Source: Octopus bimaculoides (taxonomy: Eukaryota). From it: a DNA stretch of 64,000 nt. Shown piece by piece: positions 1 through 14,700 of this stretch (positions are counted from its first letter, which is position 1; each line of letters starts with the position of its first letter). The position numbers and the translations under genes were made by a program. The notes beneath the pieces were generated by a model, which saw only the letters and a list, made by a program, of their open reading frames with translations, was not told where the DNA came from and ran no database searches. The stretch is from positions 49,548,218 through 49,612,217 of the forward strand of contig NC_068981.1 of assembly GCF_001194135.2 (NCBI RefSeq), in the 5' to 3' direction.

Positions 1-5
1 ATATA

Positions 6-41
<36 letters not shown>

Positions 42-428
42 TGTATGTATGTATATACTTATTGGAATATGTGTATGTTAGTTTACAATAGTAAGTAGTT
101 AGATCTCGAAATTTATCGATCATTGCCAATACAATGTATAATGTATGAAGATCTGATTAAGTAAATACGAACAGGATTTGAATCCATCCCCAAAGTTATA
201 ATTTGTACGTCTTTCAAAACTTATTAGTGGATTAGTGGATAGATTACCTCTTAAATTAGTTCTTTTCGTTGCATTTTAACTTTTTATCCAATAGTGGATA
301 ACCGAATTTCGGATTGCATTATCGGTTATCTCTCAGGATCACACATGATTTATACCATTCAAGCATGCATGATAACACACACAACACTATCATGCACATA
401 TTCATTTATAATATAATGTATTATGATG

Positions 429-466
<38 letters not shown>

Positions 467-990
467 CTTATACATATGTCTTATCTTAACGGAGAATCAT
501 TTGGTAGGAAGCATTTAGCGAAATTGTCTGAGTTAAATAGTTATCAGCTTGTATTAACGTGGATGCCCCACCGCTTATCAATTTAAAGTAATAATCATTA
601 CGATTCGTGGATTCATCGTAAACAATACTTAGCTTGAAAGACAATCATTTTCCGCAGCCATTAAAATATTTCTGACAAAAAATATAATAGCAATACATTT
701 GGTAGATTCCAGTTTGACGAAACATGAAAAAAAATATGTATATTGGCAACATCGTAGCATCAGTTTTTTGTACCGGCGTGTTAAATCATAGATTGTTACA
801 ATCTGTCACAGCACGCTAACGCCTGAATTCTACTTGCAATGGAAAATAACAATGCATGATTGGCATAATGTCAATGATTTTTGAAAAATACAAATTTATA
901 TTTACAAAATATATTTCTATATATTATTCTCTGACAGCGCCATGAAAATCCTACTTACATAATGCAACGTGTTCTTTGATAGTTTATATA

Positions 991-1040
991 GCTTATAGGT
1001 CTCAACTACAGGACGCTTATAGGTCTCAACTACAGGACGC
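991..1040 (+). repeat. 24-bp perfect tandem duplication
   Basis: GCTTATAGGTCTCAACTACAGGAC at 991-1014 and 1015-1038. Confidence 0.95.
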
Positions 1041-3378
1041 CCTCGACAATTTCTCATCGTCCTTATTGACGCTGTTAACGCTATAATTGAAATGTCGTTA
1101 ATCCCAGGGTAAAGTACAGAGTGAGTTTGTTTCTTCATATCCAACGGTGCTATAAGTATTTGAAATGATGTATGGGTACAATCGCCTTAAGCGTGTTCGT
1201 TACATATAACTAGATGGAGAGGAGTTTGGACAAGTTAACGAGTAAGTTTGCCAGTCTTACTCAGAAGTAGAAGCTCTCCTTCAAAGTTCGGTAAACTCTG
1301 ACTGATATCTACACTGACAGTTGTGTCTGCCCAGGTTCCCGTGCGACTGGATTGAAGCGTCTCCCCATGCGCTTTTGTGCAATGTGTGCTTCAATATTCA
1401 CACACTCGAATTACAGTTCAGAGCCACTACATCGAGATCGAGGTATGCTGTGGGTAAATATGTGCAGGCATGTGCTGAGGTAGGAGCAACTTCAGTTGTT
1501 CCTCGAAGATGAGTAGATAAAGTAGCGGTTTGTAAGGCGCGTTTTCTCAGATTATCTCTTTGGTCGGGCAAGGTTAAAGAAGGAGCACAGGACACTTGAG
1601 ATCGTATCTAGCGTGCGCAGTTCCCATCGCCCCCATTCAGCTAAGCTATCGATGGAGTTTCCTCTTTGGAATAGTTTGGACTAAATCCGTGAACGTCAGT
1701 GTAAATCAAGTGGCTAATATGTTCCCGAGATTGTGGGATTGTAGCTCATGCAAAATTTCCCCAAATTCCCAAACTGGAAGCGCTATCGCTGGACATTGTC
1801 TTCTGGAGATCAACGCTAGAGACTGCTGAAAGTTTCGAGATGCGCATAAAATGAAACGGTTGTGTTCGCACTTTTTGATTTGCCGATTATTACTGACTTT
1901 AAAAAGTTATACATGCTACCATGATTAAATTGAAAATGAATATCAAGTCAGACCAGACTGAAGATCATCCCATCGGATTTGACCAGGTAGAGAGATATAT
2001 TCTTACACACATACACATATTTTATATGTGAGTGTACGTGTGTGTGCGGGTGTATGCGTGTGTACACATGTGCATGCGTGTATCACACCAATGGCCAACC
2101 GATATGCAAGGGATTTATCTAATACATAGAACGAAGAAAAGGTAGGCCTCATATACAATCAAGCCCTCTATATTGATACTGATATATGTGTGCAGGTCAT
2201 GTATCAGTCTCGGCACACTCCTAACTCAGTGCTATATTGACTATTTTCCTTTAACATGAATCTACGCAGTTCTAAACCACTGATGTGTAAGCTAAATATA
2301 TGAAGTGTTAATATGAATTCGAACACGTCTCATCGTGTCACAAGATATGACACGTTTTCGTATCACGCACGACTGATTTGACTTTGTACATATACTTAAC
2401 ACTACAAGTTCAAGTTTCATAATGAAGTAGAACCTAGATTATCAATAAATGCATGATTCTGTATTTTCCACGTAAGACAAGATTGTTATATATTAATTGT
2501 TCAGTAGGCTACTGCGATATTTTTGAATAAATAGTTGCCAAGGAGCCAGAATATGTTTGCCTATCGATGACAGGTTGTATGAAGATGATTCATCGTTAAC
2601 GGATGCAATACTTTAGTCAATATATATACAAACCACTCTATCCGCTTAGTAAGATTTGTTAATTTGATTACATGTGAAATTATTTTTCCATTTAATATTG
2701 AAAGGAAAATACTATAAATTGTCAGGAGATTTAAAACTGCTTTTGTAGTGAAGACCAAAGCTAAGAGCATATGTGGCAATCAATTTTAGCTTTCAAACAA
2801 TACGGTGTCCACGCACAGATTTTAAACGATACATAAAATTAATGGGCCTCTAATCCAATTCACATGAGAAATATGAGACACAAGCATATTATATACGAAT
2901 AACAACTAGCTTTTAACAAAAGTAGTGGCTACAATGCTGTGCGTCAGTCAATATTGCAAAGATTCCCTATACAGTTTTATGCATCAAGTAGGCTTGCCAT
3001 CAAAACAATAATGGTGAAATCGCTCGGTGATAATGAAAATGCAAATATACATACATGTATTTGTATACGCCTACGAATAAATCTGAAAGCGCATGTATTT
3101 TCTTACATATATGTACTATGAACTGCATATACGTAATATAGTATAGGTTCTGAAAGTTATATAGGCTATCATATATGTAATCTATACACAATCGTACGCG
3201 CATATATCTATCTGTAGGTATGTTCAAACACACACACACACACACATACACTCACAAAGCGCATACGCACACACACTTGCATACAAATATATATATTTCT
3301 ATATATATATGTACACGTAGGTTTATATTGACACAGAATTGTATATGTGTGTATCTGTGTGTACATACACACGCACAT

Positions 3379-3420
<42 letters not shown>

Positions 3421-5636
3421 NNNNNNNNNNNNNNNNNNNNNNNNNNNNNNNNNNNNNATATATGCATACATTTATACATATATACATACATATACATGTT
3501 AATATGTGTATACACGTGTTTCCGTGTGTATATGTGCACACAATATTCATCAGTATAAGAGCAAAAACGTCACTGAAATAACGTTTGAATAGTTGATATT
3601 AATCTTATTCTACCAAATAAAGCTTTATGTATTAAAGCTGTATCACTGAACGGCAGGATGTATGTGTGAAGTTCTCTTTCTTTCCCTCACCACTCTCCTA
3701 CTCTATCAATGCATCAAACCGCTTGTTTAGTCAGCCAAGTAGCCCAGAGAGATATCCACTTAGCATATATGATAAACGCATAGAAGTCATAACTTATTAG
3801 GCTCCTGTGCGTACTGAAAAGCTCATTTACTTGTGTTCAACTAAGGAAGTTTGGTTGATATACACAATCTCTCAATTTCTCGGTAGTATCACAATGCAAA
3901 CTTAGATAATAAAGATCTGAAATTGCATGACCTACCCACAGGAGAAAATGCACCTCCACTTATTTATTTATTTATTTTCAATCTATAATGGTCATCTCAA
4001 ACTACCTCACTTTCTCTATCTCTTTTACTCTGTTACAGCTTATGTATATATATGTAACCTCACACACAAATGCATAAATATATAGTCATTAGTGTATACA
4101 TATACACATATACATGCATATGTGTGTGTGTGTGAGTGTGTATGCTGTATAATATGTATGTATGCACATATTTATGTGTGTATGTATGCATGTATGTATG
4201 TATGTATGTATAAGTGTGTATGTTTCTATGTTGTATGTGTAAATACGTCCACATAATTTTGCGTGTAATAAAGTATAACAGCACGACACGCATACATATT
4301 TACTGAAGAGCCAGCCATACATCCATAACTCGCATATATGAGGCAAACTTTCTATTAGCATATGGTAAAATCAACAGGGGTAAGCTACGAATACAGAAAA
4401 GGTTCTTTTAAAACCCAAATGAATAACCACCTCATTACTGATTTCCAACTTGAAAGATGTAATTTATCAACATCTAACTCATCGGATTTTATCCACTTTT
4501 TAAATGAGCGATTACAGTTATTACATTAACATCATCATATTAACAATACATGGTGTGTAAAAAATGAAGGACCAAAACTATATTAGTCATTCATTACCAT
4601 TATTTCGTTTGTTTTGCTTTGTTTTTTAATGTCGGAAAACTTACTCCATATAAATATTTGAATGCCTTTGCTACGCATAAACTTTGTGAAATAGCCAATT
4701 GATAATTATCAGTGAGTTGTTGTACAATATGTATTGTTCTTACTGTAGAATATCTTGCTTAAGGTGCGAGAGGTTTGTAATATATGCATAAACAGATGTA
4801 CGTGCAACCATATTCTGAGTTCCTTGGCAACTATATATTTAAAGACATCGCAGTAGCAATTGAAATACACAGAACCATGCACATTAATGCATTAATGTAG
4901 ATTTCACTGAATAAGTCTGTGTTAGAAAATAGAATACGTTAATCACAATCATATGAAACGTGGAATGAATCGAAACTTGTACTTTCATATATCATCTAAA
5001 TTTTGCTAGCGGTTGCAAAACTCAAACGCCAACGTCTCTTTAGTGAAGCTACGTGTGTGATTCTTATTAGTTTTTCCATTAGCTACTAATACATGAATGG
5101 CATTACAGTAGTAGATTTAGAGTAATATTTACAAGGGTATACTAATTGGGTTCTAAATTCATTACTAGCGATCTTTTAAGCCAATATATCTAATGAACAT
5201 GTCGCCAATCAACATAGGGCATTTACAATTCAAGTAAAACCACTTTATAATGACTGAAATTGCCCTAATGAATAACATTGATGCAAACTTCACAATCGAT
5301 GAGTTGACACCAAAAGATTTCTTAGGCGTGGTTTTTATCATTGTGAAAGCACATGACGCTATATATTATCATGTCAACACCATTAAGGCAACAAAATAGT
5401 ATTTATCTATGTATCTATATGTCTGTCTATTTATCTATTTTTCGATCAATTAATAAGTATGTGCGTGAGTGTGCTTATGTGTATATTTATATGCGCATAT
5501 ACTTGCGTGTGCCTGTGTGTGTGAGTGTGTGTATGTGTACATGTATGCGAATGGTAATAGATAGACAGACAGAGAAAGAGGCACTTATTTAAATAACACA
5601 TTTTACGGGAACTCTATCAATATCTATGTGCATGTA

Positions 5637-5850
5637 AGGCGGCGAAATGGCAGAAACGTTAGCACGCCGGACGAAATGCTTAGCAGTATTTTGTCAGTCT
5701 TTATGTTCTGAGTTCAAATTCCGCCGAGGTTGACTTTACCTTTTATCCTTTCGGGGTCGATAAATTAAGTACCAGTTGCGTACTGGTTCGATGTAATCGA
5801 CTGGCCCCCTCAACAAAAGTTTCGGGCCTTGTGCCTAAAGTAGAAAAAAA
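5637..5850 (+). mobile_element. tRNA-derived octopod-type SINE (family A), well preserved
   Basis: GGCGGCGAAATGGCAGAAACGTTAGCACGCCGG head, B-box-like GAGTTCAAATTCC (5710-5722), CCTTTCGGGGTCGATAAATTAAGTACCAG body and an A-rich tail. Homologous copies occur elsewhere in the window. Confidence 0.85.
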
Positions 5851-6256
5851 TATATGTGGCCATGTGTGTCTGTGACTATCTCTGTACTTGTATATAAGCT
5901 TGTGTGTATTTATGCATGTATATATGTATATATGTATTTATGTATGGATGTATGTAAGGGTGGATGGATATTCACGTATGTTATAGTTGCACAGAAAATG
6001 TTACCTTCATCGGATATATAAGTAAACTGCAACATGCGCATATGCGTGTTCGTGTGTACGTTTTTAAGTGTGTCACTAAACATCTAGCCTATCGTATAAC
6101 ACATGGACCCTAGAGTGTAAGACATAAACTACTTTAGTTTTTACGCTCTTTCCATATGACAGTTAAAAAAATTAATGACTGGGCTATTCTTGAGTACGTA
6201 AACACCGAGACGTTGGTTATAACCATTGTATAATAAATGTCTAAAATATGTGTGCA

Positions 6257-6329
<73 letters not shown>
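6257..6329 (+). repeat. (TATC)n microsatellite abutting an N gap
   Basis: Direct reading. Confidence 0.95.
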
Positions 6330-7860
6330 NNNNNNNNNNNNNNNNNNNNNNNNNNNNNNNNNNNNNNNNNNNNNNNNNNNNNNNNNNNNNNNNNNNNNNN
6401 NNNNNNNNNNNNNNNNNNNNNNNNNNNNNNNNNNNNNNNNNNNNNNNNNNNNNNNNNNNNNNNNNNNNNNNNNNNNNNNNNNNNNNNNNNNNNNNNNNNN
6501 NNNNNNNNNNNNNNNNNNNNNNNNNNNNNNNATATATATATATATATATAGTATCAGTAATACCCGTCATTTACTGCTTCTCGGATGAGATGCTATATAG
6601 AAGAAGAGGTTTACAGAATCTAGTTGACTGCGAATGCACTGAAAATGATGCAGGTCAAGTGGAACACCCATTTGTCAACTTTTCTTTTGACATTTGAGTA
6701 GGCCGTGTGCCGAAGGAGAATTGAAAGATTCAGTTTAGAATCTGGACGAAGGTGAGTCTACCACCACAAATTTAGGTTTACTCGTCCTGTATCTGTGTGT
6801 TATACCAGACGAAACATATAATAATACAAGTAGGACAAAGATAGACTTGATGTTGCAATCAAGCAACTATGAGTGTTCGAACTTGAGTTTTTTTAATGCT
6901 CACGGCAAAAGAAAATGGGATAGGAAACTGCAACGGCTTAATTTGGAATGGAAATTATATAGTATAACTGGTATGCGAGGAACAAAGACGGTGTCACCCT
7001 CACCACAATCCGTAAGAATATATGCCTCAGTTCAGTTGTACCATAGCATAATTTTGGATAAACAAACGAAAAAAGACACAAACATACAGATGATCTCTCT
7101 TATATATATACATATANNNNNNNNNNNNNNNNNNNNNNNNNNNNNNNNNNNNNNNNNNNNNNNNNNNNNNNNNNNNNNNNNNNNNNNNNNNNNNNNNNNN
7201 NNNNNNNNNNNNNNNNNNNNNNNNNNNNNNNNNNNNNNNNNNNNNNNNNNNNNNNNNNNNNNNNNNNNNNNNNNNNNNNNNNNNNNNNNNNNNNNNNNNN
7301 NNNNNNNNNNNNNNNNNNNNNNNNNNNNNNNNNNNNNNNNNNNNNNNNNNNNNNNNNNNNNNNNNNNNNNNNNNNNNNNNNNNNNNNNNNNNNNNNNNNN
7401 NNNNNNNNNNNNNNNNNNNNNNNNNNNNNNNNNNNNNNNNNNNNNNNNNNNNNNNNNNNNNNNNNNNNNNNNNNNNNNNNNNNNNNNNNNNNNNNNNNNN
7501 NNNNNNNNNNNNNNNNNNNNNNNNNNNNNNNNNNNNNNNNNNNNNNNNNNNNNNNNNNNNNNNNNNNNNNNNNNNNNNNNNNNNNNNNNNNNNNNNNNNN
7601 NNNNNNNNNNNNNNNNNNNNNNNNNNNNNNNNNNNNNNNNNNNNNNNNNNNNNNNNNNNNNNNNNNNNNNNNNNNNNNNNNNNNNNNNNNNNNNNNNNNN
7701 NNNNNNNNNNNNNNNNNNNNNNNNNNNNNNNNNNNNNNNNNNNNNNNNNNNNNNNNNNNNNNNNNNNNNNNNNNNNNNNNNNNNNNNNNNNNNNNNNNNN
7801 NNNNNNNNNNNNNNNNNNNNNNNNNNNNNNNNNNNNNNNNNNNNNNNNNNNNNNNNNNNN

Positions 7861-8206
7861 AACGGGCTGATTACTACCTAGCTCAGATACCAGGAAACCC
7901 CAAAATGGCTGAAGTTCAAAAGATAGTGCTCATGGGAACTGCCCATATCCTATGTAAAATACTGTCTATGTGATCTCAAATTTTAAAGCAAACATAATTT
8001 TCTTATGGTTTCTTAAACATTCACTTGAACAAAACTGTACAAATCCAAATATATGGTACCCTAGGCATAACACCTACATGAACTTTTAACTTGTTGTCTC
8101 TTGAGGTCTCTGGGTGAGACTTGGATCCAACTTGTACAAATGCAAAACAAAAGTCAAACATAAAATAATAATAATAATAATGATGATGATAATAATAATA
8201 ATAATA
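7861..8206 (+). mobile_element. R4/Dong-clade (RLE) non-LTR retrotransposon, 3' end with (TAA)n tail
   Basis: 7863-7973 translates RADYYLAQIPGNPKMAEVQKIVLMGTAHILCKILSM*, matching the QK(I/S)xLLGTAxILRKVL C-terminus of R4/Dong ORFs. A ~190-bp 3' UTR and a (TAA/TGA)n tail follow. The upstream part is lost in the 7117-7860 gap. Confidence 0.8.
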
Positions 8207-8299
8207 AATAGACACATACATAATAGATTCCCTTGAACCATTCACATTTATTTTGATAGACAAACAAACGAGCTGTCACAGAAACGGACAGAATCTCTA

Positions 8300-8317
8300 T
8301 TATATATATATATATAT

Positions 8318-8358
<41 letters not shown>

Positions 8359-8706
8359 GGAGAGAGTGAGAGGGAGAGAGAGAGAAAAAGAGTGAGAGAG
8401 AGAGAAAGAGTGAAAGAGAGAAAGAGAGAGCGAGGTTACAAAAGTGACAGAGAGTGCTGACTATCATCGCTCTTACTAAGGATAATAGTTGATTTATCTC
8501 AAAGTCACAAATGCACTGTCTAGCAAAAGCGGTGCCACACACCACACTCGGTCACTTTTGTGACCTCTATTAATTTTACCTAATAAGCCACCTTTTTTTA
8601 ATTTGTTATATATGTATGGTGCGGGTGTTTGTGCGTATGCATACGTGTGTAAATATATTTGTAAATAAATACATGTGAGTCTGTGTACGATTGTTGATTT
8701 ATCTGT

Positions 8707-8778
<72 letters not shown>
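8300..8778 (+). repeat. (AT)n/(GA)n and (TG)n microsatellites
   Basis: Direct reading: AT/GA at 8300-8430 and TG at ~8705-8778. Confidence 0.9.
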
Positions 8779-8780
<2 letters not shown>

Positions 8781-11700
8781 CATCGACACATGCACGCGCA
8801 TATCGGCATAAGAGTTTAGAGAATCCGAAAGATCGTCAAATAGTTCTTTCTTCTTAGCAGATAATTCTATAAATAATAGTGTATAAATATTGCATCAGGA
8901 AACCATTTGGATAAGATTTGGTTGAAGGCTGCTACTTCACCTTACTTCTTGAGCAAGCATCACAAATGTATTTTATTTAGATTTACTGTCGTTGGACTGT
9001 AACCACATATCGATACAATCTTGAAAGCTGTTATAGATGTAACTGAGCCGATTCCATATTCTAATTCTGTGCAGTTTGCTCAAACATTTTCTGTCGAAAT
9101 GCTTGCTTAAGGGTGTATAAACGAATATCTCTTTTTCCTTTTATATATATATATATTTTTGTTTGTACTTTTTGTGCTAAGAGTTCGAAAGGCCAGTAAA
9201 CAAGGAAAAACAGTAAGTGTGCTGGGCGTGAGGCCTTGCCTTTATTCTCCGACTCGTTGCACTCTAAGAGCAACGACTGGAATGGAAATTGAGTCACGTT
9301 CCACCATCGAAAATTGCTAACATATCTTTTCGGTCAAACGTGGGTGATATAGTGAAAAACATATTTTCATACAGTTATTCTGGTTGTCTTCCTTCAAGCA
9401 TATTTTACTTGTACAAGTATGTGCATATTGTACACATGAAGGGTGAATAATCACCAGTGTACAATGTTCTATTCACAAACACAGACACACTTATGATAAT
9501 GTTGTGCGCGCGCGTGTGTGTGTATGTGACAAAGTGACTATTGGAGACATTATCGCAGAATACATTATCATTTATTTTTAGAAGGTAAAATTTGAAGGTT
9601 CATCTTAGTTACCTTTGCCAGAATATCAGAGAGTGTCAAAAGGTCTATATGTAACATGGAAGCACCTGTCAATATTGTCTTAGTAATCTTAAAAATATCA
9701 TATATGTGTGCATGTGTGTGTTTGCAGTTTGTGCGTTTCCGTGTGTGTGTGTGTGTGTATCTGTGTGTGTGTGTGTGTGTGTCTCAGTGAGTGTCTGAGT
9801 ATGCGTGTGTGAGTGTGTGGGTGCGCGTGTGTACATGTGTTTGTATATGTGTGTGTTGCTTATTTTGGTGTGTGTTTGTGTGTGTGTGTCTGTGTTACTT
9901 ATTCGGGTGTTAATCAATAATGGTTGGAATTAATTTGCAAAAGCAGACGCAGTGTACGAAAATAACAACGAGTTTTATAACATTTAATTATAGTTTGTTA
10001 TGCCACAAAAAGTAAACATGAAAATTAAAGTGATATTTTAATTAGTCAGCATTTCCTAATTAGTTAATTGCTTAAGCATTGAAAACCACTTATATAATTT
10101 ATTCATTAAATGCTTCTCATAAGTAAGTAATATTTCTAAATATATCTTGTTTTCTAATATCAGAAAATATATATTCACTAAAATACAGTTTCTTACGTTG
10201 TAATTCGCTCATAATTAGCACCAGCTTGAAGTTATTCTCCGAGGAATAAACTTTTGAGCCTTCATTTTCAATTATAGAGTCACGGAAAATTCGTTCCTAG
10301 ATGTTAGTATCGTACAATAATTAATGAAATGCAAAGTTCAACTCATTGGAATGGCTAGAGCTTTCATTTCATTAACTAGTCATTTGTATGTCGGATCAAA
10401 TAGTAACACTTGCGCCTTTCAATTGCATATATTTATGTTTTTATTCACCAAGTTATTATTTATTTTGTCTTGGAATTATTAAAATGCATTATATCAGATG
10501 CCTTTTAAAACGTATGATACTATAACATTTAATATGCATTCACGTGTTTCCATTCTGTGTTTAACGGTATTTTTTTTCTTCGTTAAGCAATTGCTCATAC
10601 GTTATCTGCTCCATAAACAAATTATTTTAACATACTTTACTCCTGGTTACAATATTATTGTCCATTAGATTCCTTTACATAGCTGACACTCAAGGACGTA
10701 ATTCAAACGTTTTTGCCACTTGAAAACATGCACTTATACACAAAGGCACAAACACAGATATGTATGCAAGCATTTATATATGCTTACATGCATACATACA
10801 TGCATGTATACATACATATACACATACTTTCATACATATACACATACATACATACAAACAATCTTACACATATATGTATATACATATATGTATAAAAGTA
10901 TATACTTATATGCGTGTGTGTATATATATGTATGTATATGTGTGTGTGTGTGTGTGATTTGTTTGTGTGTATGAATGTATGTATATACGTATGTATGTAT
11001 GGTTGTATGTATGTATATTGCGTAACTTAGCCCGTCATCCTTTTACGTGATTGAGATTGAAGTAATGTAATTATAACTCTGTCGCGTGATTAGTTGAATG
11101 GAGAGAGAGGAGAAAGTAAAATCAGAGAGAATAATATGATAAGGCGAAGAGTGAGACACAAACAAAGAGAAATAAAAAAAAGGGGAGAGAAGCGTCCATG
11201 CCGTGAGATAGGAGGAACGTAGTATTTATTATGTGGTTTAAAATTTAGTTGAACATGGGAATATAGATAGATTTATATATATAATTATAGCAGAGGGGTA
11301 ATGTTGTGATGTTGAGGTTAAATAAAGTCAGAGAGAGTGGAAAGTGGAAGAGACAGGAGTGAGAGAGGGGAAAAGATGGGGAAAGTGAAAGGAGGGAGAG
11401 AAGGGGAGAGTGGGAGAGCGAGATGATGCTGGTGACTGAGGTGGTTGTGGTGGTGGTGGTGGTAGAGTTGGCAGTAAGAATTGCATAGTGAAAGTGTATC
11501 TTTTTAAAATTTAACTATTTTTTATATCTCCTATTACTTAACGCATGCATATAAGGGAAATCCCGTGAAACATTCACTCTTATTTACGTAGCACATATAT
11601 ACAATTTAACTGAAGATTGTATTCTAAGTACGGGATATCTTTTTTTAATAGCAAAAATTGTAAAATAAGTGTGAATATTTATTTTATGAGTACTGTTTAT

Positions 11701-14169
11701 TAAGACTATAAAATTCTGCATGAAGTATATAAAGTGTATATATAAAATACATCAAGTAATAATCGAATTCCAATTTCTTTCTCTTATGTCTTTTATTCAG
11801 ATACAACACAGGCAACGCTTTCAGGTTTTGGGGATAAAGTTTTCAGAAATAACCTGACAGGTTACCCATTAATTCCTTGAAATATTCACGGGTCCCGCTA
11901 GTTCGAATAAGCACTTAAATACTTACTCGGTAACGTTAGATAATGTTTATGGTGTACACTAGATCGACTGGAAGACAATGAAAGAGTGAGGGATATTGTG
12001 GACATTAAAGGTGAATGGAAGAGAATGAAATAAATAACAATGATTCTCACAATTCGATGTATTCTGCAGGACTTATAAAACGGGTAGTAAATGACGTTAA
12101 ATTCGAAACACTCTAAATACAGGTAGTAAATATCGTGGTAGATACATAACCAGTAGTTAACGGATAGAGACACTGGCAATTTAGACACGTCGTGAGAATT
12201 TCCAAAAGCGAAGTGCTGAAATCATAGGGTCACATGAAAATAACAGAAATATACACTTCAACTCAGTTGTCAAGTTTAAGTAGATAATGTCGGTCAAAAG
12301 AGTTTGAGTGGTTAATTATTCTATGCTGAGCTGGCATCAAATTTCCTAGATTTAAGAATTTAAGGCGTAGTTTTGAAATATCTTGATAGGCTTTTGGAAG
12401 TGTTGGGCTTTACTGCGGAGGTTGAGTACGAGCTTGCAAGTAATGATTACTTAACCAAACGCAGTCCTGCTGAGTTTTTATGTTTTGTTTTTCAGCACTT
12501 GCACAGCGTTTGCTCAGCGCATGCTCTGAGTACAATGGGTTCAAGTTGAGTCAATGTCGGTTGTGGCTGGAAATCAGGCTTGCAAATTATTTGTAATTGT
12601 ATTCGTGGAAATGTTCGTGATATAGAGCATGAGATTTTGAAAGGCCCGGGATGTGATTTTATAGGCGATATTGAGTGATGTACCAAGAAACCGAACGCAT
12701 TTATCTTTTCTGAGAAGAAATTGAAAAATATATTGGAGAGGCAGAGAAACGAAAGTCCATATTCATTGAAACTTAGAAATAGTAACTGCTTATCATTTTA
12801 TCGACTACTTTCATATTTCTTTAGTCAGCCGGCTTTCTTATAAACTTGCATTTAAGTGTATATGATTCACAGATGGAATATATAAAATATTATTAGGCGT
12901 ATGTACTTTGTCGGAAATGTCTTATTTACTAGATAATTTGGCTGTTTCTTTGTTAAGAAAATGTGCTTGATATGAAACACAATCTTATGCAATCCGACAA
13001 AAGGACGTGATGCTAAGAATTTCTTCTCTATTTGGTAAAACAAACTGACCTCAAAGCATGGCAATTTTCTTTATCTATTTTCGTGACAAAAGGAGGCTAC
13101 AAAAGTCCAAATACTTAGAAATAACATTTAACATGATAAAGAATGAACCAGTATTGAAAATATGTGTCCTTTCTATCAAATACTCATTGACATTATTGTT
13201 TGAACAATGACAATGTAAAAGGAATAAAACTTACGCAGTTTCTTTCAAAGGAACATGCCTTTAATGAGTGATATTCTGAAAACCACAAATGCTATCAGTG
13301 AATATCATTTCTTACGAAATATGTGAGTGTATATACTAAACGTTTATGCACGTATATATGAGAGCGCGCCTGTCAGGTCAGTGCATATGTGTGTATGTAT
13401 CAATGCGTTTCGCTTTCACCCTCCTGTTCCACTCTCTCTTTCTCTTTCTCTATGTTTCTCTCTCAATCTCTTATTCTGTGTATGTTGCAAACACAAGAAA
13501 CAGTTGAAACAATATTAATTAGATTAGCTTAACGCCTGATGAATGAATAAGAGCAAGTAAGTGCATTGAAGTTCAGAGTGCAAGTTATTCGTGTATTTAG
13601 ACAGAGAATCGTTTTATACAGAGTAAAACAACACAAAAATAGGGAACAATTAATTGTTTTTCTATAAAAATTCATTTTGTAGAGTTTAGAGGAAAACTAA
13701 AGGCATAAAAACACACAATTTTTATTTTTCATTTGCATAATAGCCACAGGGGAGATAATTCATCGAAAATTATGGATTACCTCTTCTTGTTTGTGTGAAA
13801 TTATTCTGTACGTCGTGAACTCATTACATATACTTTAGTAGGTATGGTCTATGCTCGTTACATGCTTGTGTATGTGCACGTATGCATAGATGTCTGCATC
13901 AACAGTGTCAGGATGAATTTGTGTGTGCAAAGACAAGTATATTTATGTATGCATGTCCAAACATACGATGCTTCTTTAGTTTTATTCTTGAGAGAGTTCG
14001 AGCTGGTCGGTAACAAAGAGGCAGAAGTCTTTGTGTTACGAGAATTCCCGGTGTTTGTAAATATGTGGTTGAGGTGTGTTGGTTGAACTACCGTTTTATG
14101 AACCTTAGTGTGTGCCTTTATTCACATAAGAAGCTCAGACGGAGAATTTTAGTATACGATTCTGGGAAT

Positions 14170-14235
<66 letters not shown>

Positions 14236-14374
14236 TGTGTGTGTGTATGTATATATACTCATTTTACTCATTTTAATATCTGGATGCTATATAAACAATA
14301 TAGAAACACACACGCATATATATTTGTGTGTGTGTGTGTGTGTGAGTGTGCTTAAAAGTCCCTAGCTTCAAGGG

Positions 14375-14700
14375 TACCACGAAATAATGAGTTCTTTTAT
14401 ATGGCTCAGAGTTATTGAAAGACCGCTGGAAAAAGTGTGTGAATCTGCGAAGGGAGTGTGTTGTATACGCGTGAATACATGCAGTGAGGTGAATGCACCT
14501 GTTAACTGAAAGAGTGTAGTGTTTGAGTTCGTCAGTATTCAATGTTGAAGTGACTTCCGTTCCGCATTGTCGACGAAATTCTCGAGCACCCATGTATACA
14601 GATATCCGAAAATTAAGAGATATTGCGTAGAATGATCGGCAAATCACAAAACTGGGGGCAACTAGGGAATGAAGAAGGTGTTCATGAAAACGCAAGATGA
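14375..14700 (+). mobile_element. Mariner-family transposase fragments, decayed
   Basis: 14415-14465 reads LKDRWKKCVNLRRECVV (mariner C-terminal LxxRWxKCVxLxGDYVE-like). DIRKLRDIA*NDRQITK near 14600-14655 resembles the HTH region. Confidence 0.5.

Noticed and set aside
6702-6751. Small exon ending in GAAG|GTGAGT
   Set aside because: The donor is good, but there is no linked exon or recognisable protein; isolated splice-like words are expected by chance.
6226-7881. Long ORFs such as 6847-7881 (344 aa) and others rich in X
   Set aside because: They stay open only because they read through N gaps. The same applies to the ORFs at 17.7, 19.7, 29.6, 32.3, 33.5, 34.6, 42.6, 43.8, 51.1, 55.3 and 61.0 kb.
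12190-12700. GC-richer stretch with a strong acceptor (12495) and short ORFs
   Set aside because: All frames stop early and no motif could be recognised. It is probably an unidentified repeat fossil.
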